From the NCBI GenBank assembly GCA_963700985.1, contig OY969554.1:1728001-1792000 (forward strand): a stretch of DNA of 64,000 nucleotides, in the 5' to 3' direction. Made by a program: the position numbers and the translations under genes. Origin of the DNA: an uncultured Chlamydiales bacterium (lineage in GTDB: Bacteria; Chlamydiota; Chlamydiia; Chlamydiales; Rhabdochlamydiaceae). This document shows, piece by piece, positions 51,401-59,427 of the stretch (the stretch's first letter is position 1; every line of letters begins with the position of its first letter). Below the pieces are notes generated by a model that was given only the letters and a program-made list of their open reading frames with translations, was not told the DNA's origin and searched no databases.

Positions 51401-51590
51401 TCTGCCTCTGATTGACTCTGTCACAGACGGTTGCTTCCCATACATGATCTTCGCCTTTAGGGCATTTCCACCAAATCTTACGACTACTTCCCAAGGTAAT
51501 CGTTTCTTTTGAAAGGCTTTGGTTTTTTTCAGGGTGCCACTCCTCGATAAGTTGAGGAAATTTGCTAAGAGGAAACTCATTCGTTTTCAT
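48407..51590 (-). pseudogene. Six zinc-ribbon repeats fused to an SF2 (DExH) helicase; seven +1 frameshifts in the 5' third
   Basis: Six EWHPxKN...WxC...HxW...CPxC repeats; helicase motifs GTGAGKT, DEVH, SAT and QLYGRVYRQGQ in ORF 48407-50395. Confidence 0.8.
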
Positions 51591-51691
51591 TAGCAGCGTC
51601 TCATTTTTCTTGCATTAAAGGTAATTTATGATACAGTTATCTGCAAAAAAATCAATGGAATTTTCAAAACTGATATAAGAAGGAGTTCGGA

Positions 51692-52151
51692 ATGAAACCT
51701 ATAACTTTCCATCGTGCAATTAAATTTCTCCTAACAGAGCGAACAGTAAGAAGCTACGAAGAGCTAGTTAACAAAAAACTTCAAATTTTAGATGCTATAG
51801 CCGGGCAGCAGGGATGGTGTGACTTTGAAGAGGAGTATTGTATGGGGACAGTGTAGAACGTCAGACAAAATGATGAAGAAGCGAAGTATCTATTTCAAAA
51901 TCTATTCAAGATAAATGATGTAAAAGAATTTGAGGATAAGTATGGAGTGCAGGTTAGTTGCGAACTCTGTTCCGCTTTCACAAGGTGGGGACTGGCGGGA
52001 ATATTCAGTAGATACAAGGGGTAAGCTCCAATTTCGAATAGAAGAGAAATTGAAAAAATCTTACCCGTATCAACAGAACTCATATACTGCAAAAGGCGTT
52101 TTGATTGTTGAGTTACTCGACCTTGCATTCGCGGGTTTAAAAACGATGTAG
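51692..52151 (+). pseudogene. Fragmented hypothetical gene
   Basis: AGGAG RBS plus ATG at 51692 (MKPITFHRAIKFLLTE...); coding-like sequence continues across frames to the stop at 52151. Confidence 0.4.
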
Positions 52152-52525
52152 AGATTTCCCGATCTTATTTAGGCAGCTCGCGGTTGATATCGATCCGCTT
52201 TTTCAACAGAGTAGTTTTGACTCTATTTTACTGGTTGATGCAATGAACCTATTTGCTAAAGATGCTGAAAATTCAACGTACAAACTAAAGTGATCTTTAT
52301 AGCTAAAAGTATGAATGCGCTGACAGCGCTAGTCATTGGGGAGTCATTGGTTCTATTATGTAATAGGGAGTGATTGAGCAAGGGCTTTCTTTATCAAGAA
52401 GCCCTTTTCGATGTCAAACCGCTCTTTTCCCACTGATTTGTGAGGTAGGGCTTCACTTTGATAAGGGGTTCTAGCTCATAGAGAAGCTTCATTCCCTCGA
52501 TGAATTGGTTCGAGAACGCTCCGGC

Positions 52526-52578
52526 TCTGGCCATATTTTTTTCCCAAAAAAAATTTGGACAAAAGCAAGCCAACAGTT
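52526..52578 (+). repeat. 53-bp direct repeat, copy 2 (attR-like) with degenerate tRNA T-arm remnant
   Basis: Identical to 45224-45276; preceded by TGGTTCGA-gaacgc-TCCGGC, resembling the tRNA T-arm. Confidence 0.92.
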
Positions 52579-52743
52579 TGGCTTGCGTCTGGCTGCGGAT
52601 ACACGAAGAAGGCCCGGTGGGCGTTTGCAGTGCGGAGCAGGTGAGCGGGTAGCGAACCGGCTTTCAGGACGACGACGCACGAAGTGCGCATCGCCTGAAA
52701 GAATTCCAGTTCTGATCAAAATTTTCGAAGAAAATTAACGTGC

Positions 52744-53814
52744 TCAGTCCACTTCAGAATATGTTTTTGCTATAACAGGATAGACGGCGATATGCGTGTC
52801 TGCAGCCCGGTATTGAGCTACGACTTCTGATTCGTCATAGCGTCCATCTTTGGTTTTGGGGTGAGGAGGAGCATCACCGACGAGCAGAACCGCACGTTTC
52901 GCTTTTGGATCCCAGGACAGGTCGTTTTTAGCCGCAAGAAGAGCATCGAGAACTGCTTCAGGCAGATCGCCACCGCCATAAACGGTAAGGCTCTGCACGG
53001 CTTTTTCGACTTGCTTTAAGTCTTTGGTAAAGGGGGTATTCACCCTATTTAAGAAATCGTTACTGTCACGGTATTCCAGAATAGCAACCCGAATATTTTT
53101 CCTTTCCTGCAGCTGCTCTAAAAATTTAACCAAATTATCCTTTACCTGTTTGATATAAGCTCCCATGCTTGCGGTAGTATCAAGCACAAAAACTAGATCA
53201 AGCGGTTCGTTTTCGTCAGAATCTTTCAGGATTTGCACGAAAGCCTTCTCGATTGCAGGTATGAAGTCATCAGGAGAAGGAGAAAGGATATCGAGGCCCC
53301 CCGTCTCAATGGCTAAGCGTTGAAAGGCCTCTGCTACAGTATTGCCTGAAGAGCTAGCCACTAAAGTGCCGTTAAGATTTTTTGGCGAGATCGCAGCCCC
53401 AGGAGTATATCTAATGCTTGATTGCTTAAGAGGAAGACCCTCAAACATAGTTTCACAACGAGCTGTTAATTCACATTCTCCTTCCTTAGGCAAATAGGTC
53501 ACGCTCGGTGGATTGCATCTTAACTTATAGGATCCGTCTGGGATCTTACACACAGGAGGTTCGTCGCATGGTGTACTCGCATAAGCACCGGGCAGCGAAA
53601 GAGTGGGCAATTTAGAGTAAACATAGGATGCTACGCGACCGGGCAGGCTCGTAATCCAATCTTCGATCCATCCACCAACTTGTGCGGCCGCATCAACGCA
53701 TGCCACTTCGTGTTGCATCTGATCAAAGTAGTCTAATCGGCCTGAGTTTGGAGAGAGAGAAAAATCTGAATAGATACTTGAAGAGTTAGAAGGATCAGGT
53801 CTTAATTCGATCAT
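52744..53814 (-). CDS. vWA-domain protein with an upstream Cys-rich CVNH-like segment
   Basis: DLVFVLDTTASM MIDAS motif, GGGDLPE and VGDAPPH. Confidence 0.85.
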   Translation of the reverse strand: MIELRPDPSNSSSIYSDFSLSPNSGRLDYFDQMQHEVACVDAAAQVGGWIEDWITSLPGRVASYVYSKLPTLSLPGAYASTPCDEPPVCKIPDGSYKLRCNPPSVTYLPKEGECELTARCETMFEGLPLKQSSIRYTPGAAISPKNLNGTLVASSSGNTVAEAFQRLAIETGGLDILSPSPDDFIPAIEKAFVQILKDSDENEPLDLVFVLDTTASMGAYIKQVKDNLVKFLEQLQERKNIRVAILEYRDSNDFLNRVNTPFTKDLKQVEKAVQSLTVYGGGDLPEAVLDALLAAKNDLSWDPKAKRAVLLVGDAPPHPKTKDGRYDESEVVAQYRAADTHIAVYPVIAKTYSEVD

Positions 53815-54046
53815 AGTCCGTTACTCCGGCTGTGGTTGTGACAAGGATTGGACTCGGCAAGAAACAATTCGAATCATTTCTTTTCTTCCGCATCCAAATT
53901 CGGTTAAATGAAGCAGCAGCAGTCTACCAAGAGTTCTCAAATAAGATCAAGGGATTGAAAGCGTTGGTAATGCCAAAATGCTTACAAAACAATGATCTAA
54001 GAAGCGATGAGGATAGTCGGCATTTATACCGAAACAACAAAGCCTT

Positions 54047-54363
54047 ACGAAACTCTCTCTTAGAGGTAATTAACGCAGTTTATGCTCTTTACTGAGAGGA
54101 GATTTCCGCTGGCGGCACATTAGAAGGAATAAATTCTGCGGCCTTGGTTCTTTTGCCATTTTTTATAGAGACTATGGTCACGGGCTTGATGGGAACGCGG
54201 CTGCCGTTGAGATAACTGATTTCTCTGGTAACTCCCAAAAAGCCTTTTGTTTCACTGAGCGCCTTGAAGACATCGCCATCTAGGGCACGTTTTTGCGCAT
54301 CGAGTAGAAAATTGCCTGTATCAAAGCCAAGTGCAGCGAAAGCGTTTTCTGGGGGAACTCCAT
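54047..54363. repeat. 317-bp direct repeat; displaced 3' fragment of the ABC substrate-binding gene
   Basis: Aligns without gaps to 55381-55697 at roughly 90% identity (by eye); encodes GVPPENAFAALGFD...PPAEISSQ*. Confidence 0.9.
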
Positions 54364-54374
54364 GTGCAAACAGT

Positions 54375-54414
54375 TTGACAACGGGTTAGAATGTGGTATA
54401 TACCTAGTATATAC
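54375..54414 (+). promoter_or_regulatory. Promoter with tandem palindromic operators
   Basis: TTGACA-N16-TATATA overlapped by GTATATAC-cta-GTATATAC. Confidence 0.6.
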
Positions 54415-54432
54415 TGATTAAGGACGAAAAAC

Positions 54433-54903
54433 ATGTTTATCCACGACGTCTGTTCAGCCTTGGATAAGGCTAAAGTGCCCTATGCTATAGTTGGGGGATA
54501 TGCAGTGGCACTCCATGGGGCAATGAGAGGAACTGTCGATGTTGATGTCGCTATCCAGTGGTCTCTTAAAAATCTCCAAAATGCAGAAAAGGCATTGAAA
54601 CAATTAAGACTTATTTCACTGATTCCGGTGACCGCAGAAACTGTCTTTCATTTTAGAGAGGAATATATTCAAAATCGCAACTTAATCGCCTGGAATTTCT
54701 ATGACCCATCTAATCCGCTTAATCAGGTCGATATTATCATCAACTATAACCTCAAAAGCCTTCGTGAGACGAAGAAAGTCGAAACGGCTTTTGGGTCTAT
54801 CCGAATTTTATCATTGAGCGAACTGATAAAAATGAAAAAAGCCTCGGGACGGCCTCAGGATTTGGAAGATGTAAAAGCTTTAAGTAACCTATACGATGAA
54901 TAA
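54433..54903 (+). CDS. Pol-beta-like nucleotidyltransferase (DUF6036-like), putative toxin
   Basis: YAIVGGYAVALHG, RGTVDVD and KKASGRPQDLED motifs. Confidence 0.82.
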   Translation: MFIHDVCSALDKAKVPYAIVGGYAVALHGAMRGTVDVDVAIQWSLKNLQNAEKALKQLRLISLIPVTAETVFHFREEYIQNRNLIAWNFYDPSNPLNQVDIIINYNLKSLRETKKVETAFGSIRILSLSELIKMKKASGRPQDLEDVKALSNLYDE

Positions 54904-55138
54904 AACGATCCAGTTCTTCACAAAAGAATACCTCGAAAGTTGCAAAGGGATGACCCCAGATCAAATTATTGAATTTCTTGAAAATTACCGAATGCTCTTC
55001 TCGAAGACTCGAGAAAAAAGCCAATTGATTAGTCTAAAAATTGAGCCGGCTCTTCTTAAAGCTTTCAAGCAGAGAGCGCAATTGGCAGGCATTCCTTATC
55101 AAACGCAGATTAAAAAACTTATGAAGGAATGGCTCTAG
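54896..55138 (+). CDS. CopG/BrnA-like ribbon-helix-helix protein, putative antitoxin
   Basis: ISLKIEPALLKAFK...GIPYQTQIKKLM; overlaps the NTase stop. Confidence 0.8.
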   Translation: MNKTIQFFTKEYLESCKGMTPDQIIEFLENYRMLFSKTREKSQLISLKIEPALLKAFKQRAQLAGIPYQTQIKKLMKEWL

Positions 55139-55212
55139 TACCCCAATTTAAAAGTTTTTGATGAACTCGTTTTGAGGTATAGAAGCCATTCACTTTTCGA
55201 CCTCATTCGTTT

Positions 55213-55380
55213 TTACTGATCAACGGCAAACTCCTTCCAGGCAAGCTTGATCTTTTCAGCTCTGGCTCGCAGCTCGTGATCAGAATGGACCATCTGGAGA
55301 GTATTAATCGCGCACCATGAAATAGACTTCTCTAACAGTGTTTTCAGTTGGTTTTTGTCTGAAAATTGAGTTGAGACCGA
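55213..55380 (-). pseudogene. Start-less 3' gene remnant
   Basis: Open frame SVSTQFSDKNQLKTLLEK...KLAWKEFAVDQ* cut at the repeat boundary. Confidence 0.35.
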
Positions 55381-55697
55381 ACGAAACTCTCGCTTAGAGA
55401 TGATTAACGCAGTTTATGCTATTTACTCAGAGGAGATTTCCGCTGGCGGCACATTAGCAGGAATAAATTCTGCGGCCTTTGTTCTTTGGCCATTTTTTAT
55501 AGAGACAATGGTCACGGGCTTGATGGGAACGCGGCTGCCGTTGAGATAACTGATTTCTCCGGTAACTCCCTGAAAGCTTTTCGTTTCAATGAGCGCTTTG
55601 AAGACATCGCCATCTTGGGCACGTTTTTGCGCATCGAGTAGAAGATTGCCTGCATCAAAGCCAAGTGCAGCGAAAGCATTTTCTGGGGGAACTCCAT
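55381..55697. repeat. 317-bp direct repeat, copy 2
   Basis: Matches 54047-54363. Confidence 0.9.
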
Positions 55698-56529
55698 ATT
55701 TTTCTTTATATCGATTCCAAAAAGCAGTCACTCGGGGATCAAGCGGATCTAAAAATACGTGTGTGGTGAAATAGACATCGGAAAAAGCCGTGCTTGTGAA
55801 TAAGGGAGTATCGAAACTATCTCCACCAAAAATAGGCAGCTGTATTCCTTTTTCTCGAAGACCTGAGATCATCTCTTGCATGCGCTCGGGTCCGGCTGCT
55901 AGGAAAAGCATCTGAGGCGATCCATCGCTTATATTTTGAAAGAGGGGCGTAAAATCATCGGTCTTACTGTTAAAGATCTGTTCGGAAACAATGGAGCCCC
56001 CAATTTTATTAAAGCTCACTTTAAAGTAAGCTGCAAGCATGTGGGCATATTCCATCTCTCCATCGTACAAGATGGCAGCTGTTTTTAAGCCCAATTGATT
56101 AGATGCATACTGCGCAATCGCAGCAGCTTGAGCGTTATCGCCAAATGCGACTAAAAATAAATAATCATCGCGCAAAGGAAGAAGCGGGGATGTAGCTCCG
56201 GGTGTGATGAAGATTTTCTTTTTGAGCGCCGCTTGTTTTCCTGCAATGTCTGCCATGTCGTCATCGCTAAATCCGATCATTGCTAAAAGATCTTTTTCTG
56301 CGAGTTCTTTGGCTTGTTTAAAAATGCGGCTAAAATCTGTTTCCCCATCTTTTACAATTATCTTGGCAGAGCCATCTAGAGCAAGTTTTGTGCCATTGCA
56401 AGAAGGTTCATCCAAAGAAGATTGCGCGCCCTTGAGATTAAACATTAATCCCACAGTTGGTTTCTTCTTCGATGAACACGCAGTGCACATCAACAGCAGC
56501 ACAAGCAAAATTCCCAATTTTCTCATCAC
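55423..56529 (-). CDS. ABC transporter substrate-binding lipoprotein (branched-chain amino acid/LivJ-like)
   Basis: Lipobox CTAC; ITPGATSP, GGDSFD and FQGVTGEI patterns. Confidence 0.88.
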   Translation of the reverse strand: MMRKLGILLVLLLMCTACSSKKKPTVGLMFNLKGAQSSLDEPSCNGTKLALDGSAKIIVKDGETDFSRIFKQAKELAEKDLLAMIGFSDDDMADIAGKQAALKKKIFITPGATSPLLPLRDDYLFLVAFGDNAQAAAIAQYASNQLGLKTAAILYDGEMEYAHMLAAYFKVSFNKIGGSIVSEQIFNSKTDDFTPLFQNISDGSPQMLFLAAGPERMQEMISGLREKGIQLPIFGGDSFDTPLFTSTAFSDVYFTTHVFLDPLDPRVTAFWNRYKEKYGVPPENAFAALGFDAGNLLLDAQKRAQDGDVFKALIETKSFQGVTGEISYLNGSRVPIKPVTIVSIKNGQRTKAAEFIPANVPPAEISSE

Positions 56530-56716
56530 ATGGCCTTTTTCTTCGAATTTATCAGCGCGTTCTCATTCTTTAAAATAGATACTTTAGGGGGCATTCCAAT
56601 TGCTAGTGAGTACATGCTCTCATTGTGCGTATTGCGTAACCTCAAAACTCATTTCTTCTTTGGGCTTGGTTACGCAAATGCCAGAAAGAATGTTTTGCGA
56701 AGAGCACAAACCGGCG

Positions 56717-59218
56717 TTAAGGAGGACAAGGGATGGCGCCAGGACAAGATTGAACGTTAGTGATTGTTCCTGAGGTATTGATGGTGCCGACGTTAACGGA
56801 GTCTACATCGCATGGGCTTAGATTGAAGACGCCATCGCCCGGACTGGTCAACTGATAATCGGTGCTGCTGTTGTTGCCAGTAAGTGTTAGGCAGGCTGTA
56901 GGGCCTGTTAGGCTTGATCCAACAAGTACGGCTAAGCCTGTATTGTCTGATAGTGTATTGTTAGTAACAGAGGCCGCAAGGCTTGTATATTGCTCAATAT
57001 CAAGACCCGAGGCCGCATTTGAGGAGAGGTTTTGACAATTGCTGATCGTGTTGTCTGAAACATTCAATGCCAAAGAATCGATACCATCGGGGGAAAAGCT
57101 GAGGATTCCTGTCCCTTCGCAACTGTCTATTTTATTATTCAATATGGTTAGGTTAAGCGTTGAGAAATCTTGATTTACGGCAATGCCATTAGATGCGTTT
57201 CCGATATCTGTAATGGTATTGTTGTTGATTGTGATGTTACCGGTTGAGGTAGATCCCGAGCTGATTACCGCGATTGCATTGTCGTAGCATTCCGTAATTC
57301 TGTTGTTTGTTGCAAGCAGCGTCAAATCATCGACTGGAGTTGCAAGGACTGCGGCAGAGCCTCCATTATTTGACATGATGTTTTTAGATGCCGTGACTTC
57401 AAGAGTGGTAAATGCGCCCGAAGTATGCATGTAAAGAGAGTTCGATGTGTTACCGGAGAACGTATTGTCTCTTAAAGCGATTGCGCAGTTGTTGACGGTT
57501 CCACTCGAAATAACAGTTACGCTCGATCCCAAGCTTGCCTGAGATCCTGTTCCGTTATTTGTAATCGCATTGTTTAATATGCGGATATCGGCATCGACGA
57601 CGTTATTGAGGTCAAATCGGATGCTCCCGGTTGTATTGTCGTTAAAGACGTTATTCTCAATATGAGCGCCAAAGACATTGCTATTTGCCGCTATTTCCAA
57701 AGGAACACTAGAGATAGAAGTTTGGCCAGTAAATGTATTATCTGAACAATCAACTTCGGATGTTGCATTAAGAGTCAAAAAAATTCCGTTGACGTTGTCT
57801 ACAAATTGATTGTTCGTGATGGATATTGAGGCATTGTCAGGGAAGGAAGCCTCGATCGTATACGTAGTGGTGTTTTCGAATATGCAAGAAGATACTTCCA
57901 AGTTTTGAGGATTAATTCCAAAGATGGCGTCATTCATTGCAGATGTAATAGTAAAACCGCTTATGGCGTTATTGGTCGCGAGGGTAATCGCATTGCCCGC
58001 TGTATTGATATTTGTATTTGTAATCGTAGGCGAGGAGCTGCTTTGCGCTGGGATGGAGATTGTTCCTGCAGTCGTTTGTATCAACTGGTTGACACCAGAG
58101 CCCCAAAATTTCTGATTGGCTTGCAAAGCAATTCCTGAATCCATTCCAGTTGTAGTTCCATCGCCAGGAAATACATAAATGACGTCGTTAGGTCCTGAAT
58201 TGGTTTGAGCTAAGCCAAGCGTCGGGTAGGGGCTTTCATAAGTGCCGCTGGAATGGCTTGTGTTATCTACAAATACAAAGAAATAGGGTTGGCCAGTTGC
58301 AGGATCGATCGCTGTTGCGTTTTTCTTTCCTTTCCCCACGACTATGATTTCCTCTCTTCCTACGGGCTGGACCATTCGAGAGACGATTACATCAGCCATC
58401 CTGCAAGAATTGCAGGCACCTGTTTTTTTCACACGCGACCTGCCTCCAAAAGGTAGTGTAAAGGTAAGCTGCCCCTGAAATTTGTTGTGAAACATGCGGT
58501 CGTAAGAATCGCTTATTTCAAGCGTGATATACTCTTTGAATTTACCACTTATCCGTGCCTTGCCACCCCAGATATTATGGCCGATCTCACCGATGTAGTA
58601 ATAGGGTCCTGCTGCAGCATAGAAATCAAATAAACGCGATTTGGCAAAGTGAAAGCCGAGTTCAGCATCTGCGCCTTTCATGGCGAACTGATATTTTTGA
58701 GATAGGATTAGGTTATGACCAGAAAAATGGTCGAACTTCGAGTTGTAAGGAGAGGTAATTTTTTTACCGAAAGGCAGATAGCCATTAATCCGGAAGTCCC
58801 AAAGCGTACCAAGCGTTTCTAATCCAACACCTACTTGGTTATAGTTACGCTTTTTTGTATTTCTGTAATCGTAGTAGGCATTAATTCCATAAGTTCTGCA
58901 GCCCCAAATCCCTCGCATTCCGGTGCCTGCATTGGCTGCCCATCTGCCATTATCGAAGACGTGACCGCGTACGTCCATGAAAGGCATGACTGGACATTGG
59001 TTAGGATCTGGAGCTAGAAATGTTTCAAGGGTCGTGTAACCACGATTGTAACCAATGCCGCCGCCTTCGATATGTCGGGCCGCAACGCGATAGTGTTTTT
59101 CCCCATCCTGACAGATTTCTGAAGATGCTTGTTCTTTTTCATTGCTAAACACGGCACTTGCAGTAGAGCAGGCGAGAAAAAGAGCAAGCGAATAGGAGGG
59201 CATCTGGGGCATAGGCAT
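56717..59218 (-). CDS. Inverse-autotransporter beta-domain protein with beta-helix passenger
   Basis: GINAYYDYR and DFRINGYLP barrel motifs; Asn/Thr/Ser-rich NNxI repeats. Confidence 0.85.
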   Translation of the reverse strand: MPMPQMPSYSLALFLACSTASAVFSNEKEQASSEICQDGEKHYRVAARHIEGGGIGYNRGYTTLETFLAPDPNQCPVMPFMDVRGHVFDNGRWAANAGTGMRGIWGCRTYGINAYYDYRNTKKRNYNQVGVGLETLGTLWDFRINGYLPFGKKITSPYNSKFDHFSGHNLILSQKYQFAMKGADAELGFHFAKSRLFDFYAAAGPYYYIGEIGHNIWGGKARISGKFKEYITLEISDSYDRMFHNKFQGQLTFTLPFGGRSRVKKTGACNSCRMADVIVSRMVQPVGREEIIVVGKGKKNATAIDPATGQPYFFVFVDNTSHSSGTYESPYPTLGLAQTNSGPNDVIYVFPGDGTTTGMDSGIALQANQKFWGSGVNQLIQTTAGTISIPAQSSSSPTITNTNINTAGNAITLATNNAISGFTITSAMNDAIFGINPQNLEVSSCIFENTTTYTIEASFPDNASISITNNQFVDNVNGIFLTLNATSEVDCSDNTFTGQTSISSVPLEIAANSNVFGAHIENNVFNDNTTGSIRFDLNNVVDADIRILNNAITNNGTGSQASLGSSVTVISSGTVNNCAIALRDNTFSGNTSNSLYMHTSGAFTTLEVTASKNIMSNNGGSAAVLATPVDDLTLLATNNRITECYDNAIAVISSGSTSTGNITINNNTITDIGNASNGIAVNQDFSTLNLTILNNKIDSCEGTGILSFSPDGIDSLALNVSDNTISNCQNLSSNAASGLDIEQYTSLAASVTNNTLSDNTGLAVLVGSSLTGPTACLTLTGNNSSTDYQLTSPGDGVFNLSPCDVDSVNVGTINTSGTITNVQSCPGAIPCPP

Positions 59219-59427
59219 CTTTGTTTTTATCTACGTATGCTTAAAAGATTTTTTAGGATCAATTTTTTAATTGTTCAAAAGACTTTGTGGAGTGGACAAA
59301 AACGATAAGATTTCATACAGCTTTTCCCAGCCAAAATTTCATGAAGTAACCAGTAACCGGATTTGATAAAAAGAAAGTCAAAGAGAGGCTCGATGTCTGA
59401 CTTCGAATTTAACTGAACATCAAAATC

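Noticed and set aside
50295-51415. Programmed frameshifting or phase variation in the Zn-ribbon gene
   Set aside because: Seven independent +1 shifts, several outside long homopolymers, cannot plausibly be recoded; sequencing error or decay is more likely.
52476-52738. Three overlapping short ORFs over the attR region
   Set aside because: They span the non-coding repeat and a GC-rich hairpin; no RBS or recognisable motifs.
53832-54095. 87-aa plus-strand ORF
   Set aside because: Runs into the duplicated trailer sequence and has no recognisable features; probably spurious.
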